From positions 55,304,001-55,368,000 of the forward strand of contig OZ024746.1 in NCBI GenBank assembly GCA_964016885.1: a stretch of DNA of 64,000 nucleotides, given 5' to 3'. The notes under the pieces were generated by a model that did not search any database, was not told the DNA's origin, and worked only from the letters and a program-made list of their open reading frames with translations. The position numbers and the translations under genes are program-made. This DNA comes from Eledone cirrhosa (taxonomy: Eukaryota). Of this stretch, positions 28,613 to 43,990 are shown piece by piece; positions within the stretch are counted from its first letter, which is position 1, and each line of letters begins with the position of its first letter.

Positions 28613-28886
28613 CTGATATAACAGTTAAACCCTCATATGTTGAAATACGACAGGAGACACCATTTTATATTCGAAAAGCTCCTACTTAAAAAGCGAAAGA
28701 TCCGAATGAATAGAAAACTCGATACATACTAATTAATTATTAATCTATAGTGTTTATTTAATTTTATTCGTTCAGCTAAACAATGATTCAAACAAGATGT
28801 ACATTAATACAGACAAAGCAAACGCACAAACATTTTTCGGTGTGCATACATAAACACATATATATATATATGTGTATATATATATA

Positions 28887-28925
<39 letters not shown>

Positions 28926-28940
28926 GTCTGTGTGTGTGTG

Positions 28941-29004
<64 letters not shown>

Positions 29005-29927
29005 ATACATACATGTGTGTGTTTATATAGAAATATATAAATTATTTTAGTATTTAATCTTCATCTTCATAGCTTATGTGCTCAGAGAATCAACAATTCT
29101 TCACACAACAATATAACATGTTTTGCAATGAAGAAAATGAGAGGATTTTCGATAGATTCGCCCCCAAAACTTAATTAACATAGGAGCCACGTTTGATGTT
29201 CTTAAAACGTTGATTTTCAAACGATCAAATTAGAATCTCTGTTGGTATTATAACTGTTTTTATATTAATTAACTAAAAGCTAAGCACCAGTCTATTTCCT
29301 TTAAGTGCAAACGAACAATCTGTTACGTCTAAAAATATTTCCTCCAAGCAACCAAATTAATTAGGCTAAACGAATAAAAATCGATAAATCTAAATCCCGC
29401 AAGAAATTAAATTCTAACCTGTACATAGTGAGTGTGTACACACATACACACAGACATACGCACATACACACACATATACACATACGCGCCCAGACACACA
29501 ATCATCCCAATCACATCCCACCAATACACATATATATATATATATATATATATATTAATGTGTTCTATGATTATGTGTGCATATATGTTTTTATCTTATG
29601 CTTGACTTTTCTTCTCTGATTGAGTGTATCTGCGCGTGTGAGTATACACGTGCGCCGGTATGTATATACGTCGGTTAGTGTCTGTATGGGTGTATAGTTG
29701 AACTTATATGTATGCGTATTTGATAACGATGCGTATTTTCACGTGTTTATCTAGTCGAGGTTGATAGTATGCGTTTGTGTGCGTATGGACTTACTTCTGT
29801 ATGCGTGAGTGTGTTTGTGTGAAAGTTTTTAAATTTGTATTGCTTCGTCGATTGTAAGGTTGTATTGATGTTTGTAAATACACACACACACACTGTGCTA
29901 CATGTATATATATATGCTATATGTATA

Positions 29928-30088
<161 letters not shown>

Positions 30089-30326
30089 ATATATATATAT
30101 ATATATACATATGCACACGCACATTCTATATTTGTATGTATTTAATTTATGTTGATGTTTGTTTAAATGTTTCATTGATTTTATGAGAAGGTGTGTATCT
30201 GCGTATGCTTATGTAAGTGTTTCTATGTATGCATTAACACACAGACATATAACATAATGCATATGCAAATATATTCGTCTGTATTTATCTATTTATCGAT
30301 CTATATTGATATTTGTATAATCTATA

Positions 30327-31530
<1,204 letters not shown>

Positions 31531-32661
31531 TTTGCTCTGCCTTTATGTGTGTGTGGAGAGTAACTCCAATAACTTATATGGTGAAAATACATAAAATACA
31601 ATATGAAATTATGGATAATAATAACGATAAGAATACTTAATGCTGCAGTTTAATCCAGATTAGTTGTCATAAAGCAACTATAATGGACAATATCATGGAG
31701 TTATTTGGACGATCATCGCATGTCACAACGCATTTATTCCATGTCACCCCTCGCTGATAAATATACAGATCAATATAACATCCAACAAACAGTGATATAA
31801 CGTATAAGGGAATATATTGTTGATAACATCGCACTATCAAATAAAGAAAGATCAAAGGTAACAATCCTCACATCGGTCCAAGGAAATTTTTTCCATTGGC
31901 CTTTCCAGTGCTGTTAGCATTTGCCGGTCACACATCTAGACATGAAGAAGATGGATTTCAAATCAGAATAAGCAAAGCATGATCAGATATGTTTATGTAG
32001 CCACCGTCCAGCTATTTAGAGATACCGTCAATCCAACACCACTGAACTGGAATGTTATTGTTCAAAACGAAAGTATGGAAAGCAGGGCTGGCCTCGGCAT
32101 GGTTTAAAGTTAGAGTGGAGCAGCATTATCACAAATGTAACAAAGATCTGCAAAGCCTTCAGTTATACTCGGGCGCCAGTATGAAGCGACGTAAACATTC
32201 CTATGGTTTATTAAACCTGTGAATTATGGACGGAGTACCAAACGTTTATTTTTCCCCAGACAGGTAGTCTTCGCTAGGTTAATACGCACCATTCACTTTG
32301 TCCTGGCTATTCATGTATGTTAGGTGGTTCCTGGCTTTTGTTAGGATGAAGATTGTCAATGTTTATTTGATCACCAATTTTCGTGAAGTATTAATTTGTT
32401 TCAATGCTACTTAATTTTCAACAAATATCTCGAAGCATTTTACCCGATGCTCCTATGAATGTGCTATAATACCTGCCTTTCAATTATAGGCACAGGGTCA
32501 TAGAACTTTGTTGAAGAGAAAATCGATTAAACCAAGAGTAATATTATACCGGTAACTAAATTTAACTAATAAACAAATGAGACATTTTTTCCCGATGCTT
32601 TAACGACTTTGACGACCATGATAATAATAACGGGGCTTATATAGACAAAAGGCCATCACTT

Positions 32662-32812
32662 TTAGGGCAGGAGAAGGTCTATTAACTCGACCCCAGTGCT
32701 TGACTGGTACTTTATTTTATGGACCCCATAAGGATGAAAGACAAAGGTAACCTTGGTTGGATTTGAACTCAGATTATAAAGGGTCGTAATTCTATGCTGC
32801 GGCCCTGTATGA
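32662..32812 (-). mobile_element. Meta-type SINE
   Basis: reverse complement of GAGTTCAAATCC...TTTCATCCTTATGGGGTCCATAAAATAAAGTACCAG. Confidence 0.75.
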
Positions 32813-33019
32813 GCACTATTATACCGGTAACTAAATGTAACAAATAAACTCAATGAGACATTTGTTCCCGATACTTTAACGATTCAGAGTCTAAATTTTA
32901 GACGACAATAATAATGAGACCACCAATAATATCAACGAAGCTATAACAATAACAAGCACCAACTTAGTTATGATGAGGTAGTTAACGAAGATGATGATGA
33001 TAATATTAATACAGCAATA

Positions 33020-33031
33020 TCAACAACAACA

Positions 33032-33103
<72 letters not shown>

Positions 33104-33105
33104 GC
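33020..33105. repeat. (CAA)n/(CTA)n trinucleotide microsatellite
   Basis: direct reading. Confidence 0.95.
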
Positions 33106-33243
33106 TGGGGCTGCTGCAGCTAATGATTGATGATGTTGCTGCTATTGTTAATGCGGCTGCTGCTATGTCCTGCAAGTAATATAGGCGCATTCAACATTTT
33201 ATTAAAAGGGAGTAACTAGTCCATTCATTATTTAATTTAGTGA

Positions 33244-33430
33244 GGGCGGTGGATTGGCAATATCGGTAGAGGGCTGGACGCCATGCTTTGCAGCATAGAG
33301 TTACAGCCCTTTATGATCTAACCCGCCGAGGTTAACTTTGTCTTTCATCCTTACGGGGTTGATAAAATAAAATTCCAGTAATGCACTGGGATAATTGCCT
33401 GCCTTGTGCCAAATATAGAAACAATTATTT
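33244..33430 (+). mobile_element. Meta-type SINE
   Basis: GGCGGTGGATTGGCA head, TTTCATCCTTACGGGGTTGATAAAATAAA core. Confidence 0.8.
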
Positions 33431-33946
33431 AGTTTAGTAACCCTATGCTAATTTAATAGTCAGATTTCTATGACTTCAATGACTATGTTGACGTTCTACG
33501 TCTCTTTATCGCTTCAATGACATTCTAGACCCAGCATGGTTTTCTTCTGTCAATTGAATAAGCACCTGGTTAATAAACCAACCGATGTTAGATTAGTTAC
33601 ATACCAAATACTAAACAGATCTACCACTCAACTGCTTATAATTTCTATTTCTATGAATCCTCTTTATATCTTAATCCCTTTAACACAAACCCCTTCTCGA
33701 ACTGTCTCATTCATTCCCTCCCATTACATCCACTTAATATTTCATCTCATTTCTATATTAAACGTTGTATTATTTAGTCATGGAATAACTTACACTAACT
33801 TTCATTGGCAGTATATTCCTCTCACACTCATTTTCGTTTTCCCCCATTATTCTCTCCAACCCCATTCTCTCTCTCTCTCTGTAAATAAATATATATTATT
33901 AATAAATATGAATTAATATCAACGCTTTTTGTAAACCTTGTATACA

Positions 33947-33997
<51 letters not shown>

Positions 33998-33999
<2 letters not shown>

Positions 34000-34668
34000 C
34001 AAAGAAAATGTCGCTCTACATGGCTGAATACAATACATGTAATCTGAGTTTTCGAATATTAATAATAACATTCGATTCGTTTGCAATTATGCAAATAAGC
34101 CTCAATTTGATAGCCATGTCAGTAGAATGAACACTTAATTCTTGCTCTTATGTTGGCATGCGAACAGAACTGCAGACACTAATATTTCTGGGTATCAGCA
34201 GTACTGTTCGCATGCCAACATAAGAGCAAGAATGAAGTGTTCATTCTACTGACATGGCTATCAAATTTAGGCTTATTTGCATAATTCCAAACGAATCGAA
34301 TGTTATTATTAATATTCGAAAAACTAGCCGGTCTGCTGATATGCTAATGTGGCTGATCAGTGGACCTGCTAATATGCAGATCTGACTGATCAGCCAGTCT
34401 GCTAATATGCAAATCGGACCGATCAATCACTGTGTATTTTTGAAAATAGCATATATTTTCACTAGCTCTGACAGTTTGGCAGGTGACTAGGGAGCTGTAC
34501 TGATGAAGGGTGATACCCAGAAACATTAATGTATTCAGATTCTGTTCGCATGCCAACACAAGAGGGTTCATTGTACTGACATGGCTATAACATTGTGGCT
34601 TCTTGGCATAATTGCAAACAAACCGAATGTTATTATTAATATTCGAAAAACTCAGATTACATTTATTA
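33998..34668. mobile_element. family G cluster: fold-back 33998-34325, three 33-bp repeats 34326-34424, plus copy 34491-34668
   Basis: inverted and direct matches read from sequence. Confidence 0.75.
34495..34538 (+). ncRNA. type I hammerhead, family G
   Basis: CTGTA-CTGATGA-AGGGtgataCCCA-GAAAC-ATTAAT-GTA-TTCAG. Confidence 0.72.
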
Positions 34669-35574
34669 TATATATATATATATATATATAATTATAAGTT
34701 TGAAGAACAGTTAGACACAATATACCCAATTCTTTTCCTCCTTAGTCTGCAGAAATCAACTAGATAAATAATCATTTAAACTTAGTTTAAATGATTAATG
34801 AGCTAAGTTTAAAATGTAACTTACAATGTAAGTTTAAAAATAATAGGTAAATGTCACAGACTTTCCTCTGTGATGAACAGTCAGATAAAATTTACCTAGT
34901 CTTTCCTCTTAGTCCATATAAATTAACTGAACAAATAATCAATTAAACGGAGCTAAGTCTAAAATGTAAGTTTGAAAAAAGGAGAAAAAAAGATGCAGAT
35001 AAACTTTACCAAAGTTCTTCTAGTCGCGACTATCGCTAGTTTCACTGGTACTTTGTGGATATAAGTAATCCTGGTATTATCTATGGGGCTTCGAGCTTTT
35101 CAAGAGACTCCCTCAGTTAGGACTAACATATCTAAAGTGATCGCCGCCAGTAACGAAAGGGCATTGAGTGCGTTGGAGATTTATATTGTAAAAAGGAGCT
35201 TCAAACAGAACGGTGACAACCAATCCTAAATCAATCTACATATCAAAATAACTGCTTAATATACCCTACACTTTCACAGGTTAACACAGTGTCTCTGGCA
35301 GTTAAACGTTCATAGACGTTTATATTTCACCAGCGATTTTGCATCGGATAACAAATAAGTATTCTACTTTTCACATCTTCTATAGCACAGAAACAGATGT
35401 TTTACGGAAGCAGTGTAAATAACAAGAACAGAAATACAGTCGAATCAGTTTATAGGAGTTTTCGTTATTGTCATTATTCTCGAGGCTCGTGGCAGCCCTG
35501 AAATGGCTATAAGAATTGTTGTTGTTTTAGGGTTAGGAAATAAAAACACCATACACATACGCAGACAAACACGT

Positions 35575-35860
<286 letters not shown>

Positions 35861-36997
35861 ATATATATATATATATATAAGAAAATAATAAACGGTTAAT
35901 GCCTGTCCCACCATTTAAATGGGCCATATAACTGCTGCTTCCGCCCATTGACCTTAGTGGACTGGAGCAATATCAACTTCAGTTTTTTGCTCCAAGAGAA
36001 AACCAATCGCCTGGTCTGCAGGTCAAACCCACGACCACATTCGTAAGGCCGTCACCCTATTTTCTTGGCCTAAGTAGTTTTAGCTGGTCTTGTTCTCTAG
36101 AGTGTTTATATATATATACACCCATACATGTATGTATAAAACCCACACCTATGTAGGTTTAACTGGCTTTGTTTACTAGTGTGTTTATATATGTACACAC
36201 ATATGTATGTATGTATGTATGTATAAAAAAATACACCTACGTAGGTTTAACTGGCCTTTTTTTTCTAGGGTGTCAATATATACAACTAAATCTGGTGTTA
36301 ACTTTGTCTTTCATCATTTCCAGGTTGATAATTAAATTACTACTAATGGTGGCTTCGATACTTCCTCTATATATTTTACTATTCCTCTCTCTATTTCTCT
36401 GGAAAAAGTCGGCTGGAGATTGGCCTAGCTTATGTTTAAATTTGTGAGACAAGTTCTATGTAACTATGGTGCCTCTGATAGTCCATTTCATGTCAGATTA
36501 CCTATTACTACATTATTTATCATGTCTGTCCTTCTTTTCTTAAGAAATTACTTAGGGAATTAATTAAGATTTAGTTGTTATTTCTAGCAGGTAGTTTGTG
36601 CACGTTAAGGATTAAGGATTCTCTGAAATGTGCCGTGTATATGTGATATAAGTTAAGTGGATGTCTAACACATATAATTTAGTTAAGCAAACTAATTTGA
36701 AATTAATTAAATTTATATTCTAAAAGAAGAGAGCTAACATTGACGTGTCAGGATAGTGAAGGGAGACAACTCCCAGGTGAGTGGATAAAGTATTGTGATA
36801 AGAAGTTTCTCCAAGCAATCAGGTTATATAAATTGAAGTCGATTTATTATATAATTGGGAAAAATTTCTTAAATATTTGTGCATCCGTTTTCCTATTTAC
36901 AGAGAATTCACCTTGATAAGACAGAGTATAAATAGACTCATATAGATTGCCATCGTTTACAATTACAAACGATTGGCAATGTATGCAAGTCATAAGC

Positions 36998-37195
36998 GCC
37001 GTAGATTGGCAGTATCGGTAAAGCGTTTGATAAAATGCTTTGCGGTATTCACTAAAGCCTGTGCTCGAACCTCATCGAGGTCGTTTCTGCCTTCCATCCT
37101 TTCTTGGTCTATAAAATAACGTACCAGTTAAGTTCTGCGGTCGATATAATTGGTTTGATCTTTACTCCAAATTATTGTGCTAATTTTAGAAACAA
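36998..37195 (+). mobile_element. degenerate Meta-type SINE
   Basis: GATTGGCAGTATCGGTA head, GCCTTCCATCCTTTC...AAAATAACGTACCAG. Confidence 0.65.
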
Positions 37196-37640
37196 TACAG
37201 TTAAAATATACACCGAAACACCCTGTCATTTGATTCAGTGATTTCCAGCGTAGATGTATTAACAAGAGCCTACAAAAACATAGTTGCGTCCTAATCGGAG
37301 GGCAAGTTGTTCCTGTGGGACACTAGCATCTGCTCACACCAGCCTCCGCTCACCACCTATATATTCTACATGTTAGGTATTGACCGATCTCACTTAGCAC
37401 CATTACGGTTGCAAATTAATTTGTATCAGTAGAATGAACTGGAGCGACATGAAATAAAATGACTTGTTCAAAGAATCAACGCGCCGCTCAGTCCGGGAAT
37501 TGGACTCAAATGCATCCGATTTCGAGCTACTATAGCGTTAAAGGAAGAAAAAAGTTCACCTATAATAATATTAACGATTAATGGTAGCATTAACACACTG
37601 CAATTCAGAATCAATGGGTATATTGAACAATAGACAACAT

Positions 37641-37828
37641 AGATTGGCAGTATCAGAGAGTCAGGCGCCATGCTTTGCAGCATAGAGTTACGTCCCTTTT
37701 CAGTCTGAGTTCAAATCCCGCCGAGGTTCACTTTGCCTTTCATCCTTACACGGGGTCGATAAAATAAACACCAGTAATGTACTGGGATAATTGTTGGCCT
37801 TGTTCCAAATATAGAAACACTTATTATA
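37641..37828 (+). mobile_element. Meta-type SINE
   Basis: GAGTTCAAATCCCGCCGAGG...GCCTTTCATCC...GGGGTCGATAAAATAAA. Confidence 0.8.
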
Positions 37829-37896
37829 TGTAATAAACATACATATGTATTCTCTCCGAGTATTTGCTTTTGTAATTAAGGTTTATGCTATATGTA

Positions 37897-38232
37897 CTGT
37901 ATACCTGTATTAATACTAATGACAATAGAGCAGTCATATAATGGAATTGGAATATTCTAACTTTTACTTTCTATCTTCTGACATCTCAGTGGATTTTGGT
38001 ATCATCTCTAGACATTGGCAAACATTTTTGTATGAAATAAACATACAGGGATTTCTGCTATGAGTATATGCCGTTGTGATTAAGGCATGTTACATTGTTT
38101 GATGTATACCTGTATTAATACTAATGAATATAGTGCAGTTTCATACTGGAATCAGAATATTATAAATTCTACTTTCTATCTTTTAAGATCTCAGTGAATG
38201 TTGGTATCAATTCCAGACTTTGACAAACATTC
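37897..38232. repeat. diverged tandem duplication, period about 205 bp
   Basis: TGTATACCTGTATTAATACTAATGA at 37898 and 38103 with about 130 bp of continued similarity. Confidence 0.7.
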
Positions 38233-39091
38233 ACAGAACAAAAATAAATATCATAGCGATAATAACATGATCGACAGAATGTTGAAGGAAATTACGTAAA
38301 CATCAAGTTCAATAGACAATAACAACAGCAATAATAACAATACAATAACAAAAACAACACCAACAACTTCCATACACAACAGTGATAGCAAATCTCATAC
38401 GAAATAATAACTACTATAAGAGAAAACATAACCTAGACTTAGAAAAAAATAGCTAATAGAATCCCAATAGAATATGACAGATGTACATATAAAATAACAA
38501 CAAATTTTAGTGCACAGCAGTAATTTATATACAAAATTACAATTACTTCCGAGCATAACAACAACAACAGCAGCAACAGCACCAATATAGAATATGAATT
38601 TCTATACCAAACAAAAACCACAATAACAATACTGATTCACAACTTGCATGCACAGCCACAACAAAAACACAATACATAGTAATATTTTCTATACACAACA
38701 TTAACATATTTTATACACAAAAACCACATCGTCAACAACAAGAACAACTGCAACAAGTGCAACATTAATACACGAAACACAAAGGACATTAACACGTATT
38801 ACAACATTACCAAGAAGAACAGATAATAACGAAAAAAAATAACTATCTGAATATATTTATAAGATAGTAAAATGAATGAAAAATTTAAGATATAAATGTG
38901 AAGTAAAGGATGTTGGTATTGACTATGGTGTTGATATGATGAAAGTGGTGTTCTTTGTTTTTTTGTTAGTGTTGGCAGTGTTGGTGGTGAAGGGTGTGGT
39001 CATTGTGGTGATGATGATGATAATGGTGTTGAGTCGGATTCGATAGTAATCGGTCGTCTCTACATTTTCCTGATACTCTCTCACGCCCCCC

Positions 39092-39184
<93 letters not shown>

Positions 39185-39213
39185 ACCCTACCATTAATTG
39201 GTGAATTTATCTG

Positions 39214-39279
<66 letters not shown>

Positions 39280-39471
39280 TAAATCCACCAATTAATGGTA
39301 GGGTCCAAGCCGTATGAACAACTAAATGTAATCCGTATGTAGAATATGTCGTGAAGCAAAGTTTAAAATACAAAATTTCAACGATATAATTCATTGGAAG
39401 CAGAGTCAAAATAATACAAATAGTGAAAACAATGAAATTAAACAAAATACGGGTAATTCATAGTAAAACTC

Positions 39472-39599
39472 ATTATTTTACGATCGTTTCTTGGGGGTAG
39501 TTCTCCGTATGTACATTCTATTAGTGATCTACGTAAAATATATTATCAAAGTAAAAAAATATACACACGTCTTCCCTACCAGCCGTCTTCAGAAATAAT
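39472..39599 (-). ncRNA. type I hammerhead with about 100-nt stem II, family D (mutated mirror copy 39831-39965, plus strand)
   Basis: ATTATTT-CTGAAGA-CGGctGGTAG...CGTGTGTATATT/AATGTACATACG...CTACCCCC-AA-GAAAC-GATC-GTA-AAATAAT. Confidence 0.72.
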
Positions 39600-39787
39600 T
39601 GTTTCTACTTTTGACACAAGGCCAGCAATTACCCAGTACATTACTGGTACTTCATTTTATCAATCCCGTAAGGATGAAAGGCATAGTTAACCTCGGCGGG
39701 ATTTGAACTCAGATCATAAAGGGCCGTAACTCTATGCTGCAAAGCATGGCGTCCGCCCCTCTACCGATACTGCTAATAAACCGCCCT
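39600..39787 (-). mobile_element. full-length Meta-type SINE with AGAAATAAT target-site duplication
   Basis: AGAAATAAT at 39591-39599 and 39792-39800. Confidence 0.85.
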
Positions 39788-40028
39788 TCTTAGAAATAAT
39801 GAGTTTTCTTTATTATAATAAACAAAACTCATTATTTCTGACGATGGCGGGTAGGGAAGACGTATGTATATTTTCTTACTTTGATAATTTGTAATATATT
39901 TTACATAGATCACTAATAGAATGTACATACGGAGAACTACCCCCCATAACCGATCGTAAAATAATGTGTTTTACTATGAATTACCCGTATTTTGTTTAAT
40001 TTCATTGTTTTCACAATGTATATTATAT

Positions 40029-40115
<87 letters not shown>

Positions 40116-40117
40116 TA

Positions 40118-40175
<58 letters not shown>

Positions 40176-40245
40176 GGAGAGCAAGAGACTTGATATATAT
40201 ATATATATATATTTCGTTATTGGCAACATGACTCTCCCAAAGTAT

Positions 40246-40302
<57 letters not shown>

Positions 40303-40346
40303 CCAAGGCTCTGATACCATCAACACTATACACACAGAACTGACTA

Positions 40347-40402
40347 ACTGCCTGATGAGGTAATAGTCATTCAATGGCTATCGTCGAAATATATATAGCA
40401 GT
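40347..40402 (+). ncRNA. type I hammerhead, family N
   Basis: ACTGC-CTGATGA-GGtaATAGTCAT..ATGGCTATcgTC-GAAAT-ATAT-ATA-GCAGT then AATAAA. Confidence 0.78.
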
Positions 40403-40473
40403 AAATAAAGGATTATGAGTTCATGCAATTGACGTATGTTTCGTCACTATATATATATATAGGAACGAGTAGG

Positions 40474-40569
40474 ACCCCGACGGCTGAGCACAAGCCGTTT
40501 CGACGGCTAATTCTGGACTAAATGAACATTTTTATACTGGTATTTGAATAGCCGAGCTTCTCAAGGGGT
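40474..40569 (-). ncRNA. type I hammerhead, U3-A8 variant, family B
   Basis: ACCCC-TTGAGAA-GctCGGCTATTC...GAATTAGCCGtC-GAAAC-GGCTtgtgctcAGCC-GTC-GGGGT. Confidence 0.78.
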
Positions 40570-41640
40570 AATCCATATATGGTCAAAGTGATTATCACAG
40601 GGATTGGTCAAAATATTGTAGTTGAGACATAATAATTCTATGATGGCAATTTGTGGAGAGAATGGGTAGCTAAACCTGCCAGTAGGAGAAAGAGGGAGAG
40701 GGGGTGGAGGAGACCCATTAATGCGTTGATAGTGCCGGCTACAGCTGGGCGTGAGGTCAAAGAAGATACTAGGGAGGGGGAGGGGGAGGACGTCGAAAGA
40801 GTAAGTAGAACAATAAGGCGTAAATATATAGAAAAATACTGAGAGTGTTAAAAAGCAATTAAATGTAAAAAGGAAATAAACAATTTCTGGTTACTACGAC
40901 ATAAGTCTCTCACTATTGCTAGGCTAAAAAAATATACTAGGTGGGACGGAATTAAAATGAAACCCTTTTAAGAGGTATAAATAATAAACCGAGTATATCT
41001 TACGGTGACGGGTCAACAAGTGAGGGGCCAAAATACTAAAGAAACTACCACGAAATAATAAAAGTTTCTACCCCAGGCACAAGGCCAGCAACCACCCAGT
41101 GCAAAAAAGTAAACTAATACGAAATAATAATTCAGAGTCCCGAAAAAGAATACTAATACTATCTCTAAGCGTGCCGCCACGATACAAATGTTCTAGTGAA
41201 AGCTACATAAAAGCTCGTACGAAGTAAAAGTAAAAATTTGATACGGAAAATTAATTCAGACCCCCCACCCCCCCAAAAAAAATACTGATAAACGACAAAC
41301 TAAAGCAAAGATACCACTAAGAAATATAGCAAGCACGGAAAAGGGGCAGCGGTCGGATAAGAGGGCAAGTATCCGGGGTCTAACACATCTGCTATAAAAA
41401 GCGGATTTGGCCAAATCTATCATAGAATAGGGGAAGGGGGTGGGTGTACTGAGGCTACAAGAGACCGAGGGGCTGCCTCGGGTGGGCGAGAAAAAGACGA
41501 CGACAAAGAAAGATAACTGGGGTGGAAGGACTAGGGAGGGATGGGGGAGGGAAGGAAATATAGAGGAAGCGATAAAATGATATAAAAGAAGATCTTACGT
41601 CTCCCTTAGCAAGCAGGGTTACCCATTACAAAAGGAAATA

Positions 41641-42356
41641 TCCTACTGTCCAGCTCCCATTAGCGGAACCAGCAGGCAACACCGCCGCTCACGCAATGTA
41701 ACATGGTTCAATCCTCCCCACAACGCCGAGGTGACAACTCCTATCGGGAAAATATTCTTTAGGCTCATTGAAAAACACTTCCCACTACAACACCGCTACC
41801 ACAACATAATTAACAAAAATACCATCAAACTCTCTTACAGCACTACACCAAACTTTGCACAAAACATCGTCTCCTCCAACAACAAAAAACTCAACCCCTA
41901 TGGAAGAAATAACCTAAATAGCAGTGCAGAGCCGACCAGGAGGTGCAACTGTCCTGATGGATCCATTTTCCCCCTCGACAACAGATGCAGAGATCGTAAT
42001 GTGATCTACCAGTGCAACTTGAGGACGGACACCTCCAACAAAGCTTATACAGGATTAACGGCATGTGACTTCAAGACCCGGCTATACCAACACAGACATA
42101 CCTTCCAAAACCCGTCCCACTACACTTTCGGGCCACATATGGGACCTCGAGTATAACAACATTACCTATGATCTCACTTGGAGATTACTGTCCAGAGCCA
42201 ACTCTTACACGGGAGGAAACTTTACATATGTTGTTTTCGACGGACCAACTCCTAAACAAGAAAGATGAACTGGTTACTGCATGTAAACACAGATTGCGTA
42301 GGACTTACCTCGCCCTCAAACCCCATAATGACCCGGAGGGTAGACTAGGGCTATAA
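41641..42356 (+). pseudogene. PLE linker plus GIY-YIG endonuclease (frameshifted)
   Basis: RSRNVTWFNPPH, KHFP, IKLSYS, CNC, NVIYQC, AYTGLTACDFKTRLYQH, LLNKKDELVTACKH. Confidence 0.9.
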
Positions 42357-43346
42357 CACCCCACTTGCCGATTTTGTAATGGGTAACCCCTGCTTGCTAA
42401 GGGAGACGTAAGATCTTCGTTTATATCTTTTTATCGCTTCCTCTATATTTCCTTCTTCCCCATCCCTCCCTAGTCCTTCCACCCCAGTTCTCTTTCTTTG
42501 TCGTCGGCTTGTTCTCGCCCACCCGAGGCAGCCCCTCGGTCCCTTGTAGCCTCAGTACCCCCACCGCTTCCCCTATTCTCTGATAGATTTGGCCGAATCC
42601 GCTTTTTATAGTAGATGTGTTAGACCCCGGATACTTGCCCTCTTATCCGACCGCTGCCCCTTTTCCGTGCTTTCTATATTTCTTAGTGGTATCTTTGCTT
42701 AATTTGTCGTTTATCAGTATTTATTTTTTTTTTTTGGTGGGGGGTGGGGGGTATTCTGAATTAATTTTCCGTATCAAACTCTGAATTATTATTTCGTATT
42801 AGTTTACTTTTTTTGCACTGGGTGGTTGCTGGCCTTGTGCCTGGGGTAGAAACTTTTATTATTTCGTGGTAGTTTCTTTAGTATTTTGGCCCCTCACTTG
42901 TTGACCCGTCACCGTAAGATATACTCGGTTTATTATTTATACCTCTTAAAAGGGTCTCATTTTAATTCCGTCCCACCTACTATATCTTTTTAGTCTAGCA
43001 ATAGTGAGAGACTTAGGTCGTAGTAACCAGAAATTGTTTATTTCCTTTTTACATTTAATTGCTTTTTAACACTCAGTATTTTTCTATATATTTACCCCTT
43101 ATTGTTCTACTTACTATTTCGACGTCCTCCCCCTCCCCCTCCCTAGTATCTTCTTTGACCTCGCGCCCAGCTGTAGCCGGCACTATCAACGCATGAATGG
43201 GTCTCCTCCAGCCCCTTACCCTCTTTCTCCTACTGGCAGGTTTAGCTACCCCTTCCCTCCACAAATTGCCATCATAGAATTATTATGTCTCAACTACAAT
43301 CTTTTGACCAATCCCTATGACAATCACTTTGACCATATATGGAATT

Positions 43347-43442
43347 ACCCCTTGAGAAGCTCGGCTATTCAAATACCAGGTTAAACCTTTTCATTTAGTC
43401 CAGAATTAGCCGTTGAAACGGCTTGTGCTCAGCCGTCGGGGT
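43347..43442 (+). ncRNA. type I hammerhead, U3-A8 variant, family B 3' arm
   Basis: as 40474-40569 with C11.1 changed to T. Confidence 0.72.
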
Positions 43443-43533
43443 CCTACTCGTTCCTATTACCCACTCTACTACCCTAAGTATTGAGTACTTTGGTGCGTTA
43501 TGGTCCACCTGGTTCCTTACCTCATTTCTCCCG

Positions 43534-43631
<98 letters not shown>

Positions 43632-43917
43632 GTGTGTATATACACACATACAAAGTAAGTGTAGGTAAAGATGTCTGCATGTCAACAAGTGGACTGTTCT
43701 ATGAAAATAGATATTGAATACGTACAATAGCCGTCTGGAGTAAATTATAGTTGTCAGGAGAGCAATTACTAACGACAAGATTTTAATTACAATAATAAAG
43801 CATCGCAAATATATAGGTCGTTTGTGTGACATCTTATTACATATTCCTCTTGACTGCCATTGTTTTTCCACTTTTTTTATATTTTACTTACAAGACCTAT
43901 GCAATTCATTACATATA

Positions 43918-43990
<73 letters not shown>

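Larger units (their letters stand above)
39183..40014 (-). mobile_element. family D fold-back insertion (long arm from 39276, centre about 39825, short arm to 40014) interrupted by a SINE
   Basis: spacerless palindrome centre TTTATTA/TAATAAA; extra inverted tail-end piece 39183-39213. Confidence 0.8.
40460..43536 (+). mobile_element. PLE family B (Naiad-like): inverted arm 40460-41633, GIY-YIG core, 3' arm 42372-43456 plus 80-bp tail
   Basis: inverted repeats of about 1.1 kb flanking an endonuclease pseudogene; (TA)n on both sides. Confidence 0.9.

Noticed and set aside
31660-31980. Cys/Trp-rich minus-strand stretch as a host EGF-like exon
   Set aside because: Stops in candidate frames and no convincing motif spacing
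34326-34424. 33-bp repeats as a CRISPR array
   Set aside because: Head-to-tail with no spacers, eukaryotic context, no cas genes
37897-38232. Duplicated exons (minus-strand CAG/GTAT donor-like ends)
   Set aside because: Frames checked contain stops; kept only as an old tandem duplication
40460-43456. 1.1-kb inverted repeats as DNA-transposon TIRs
   Set aside because: Core encodes a PLE GIY-YIG, not a transposase; arms are asymmetric (tail) and carry hammerheads
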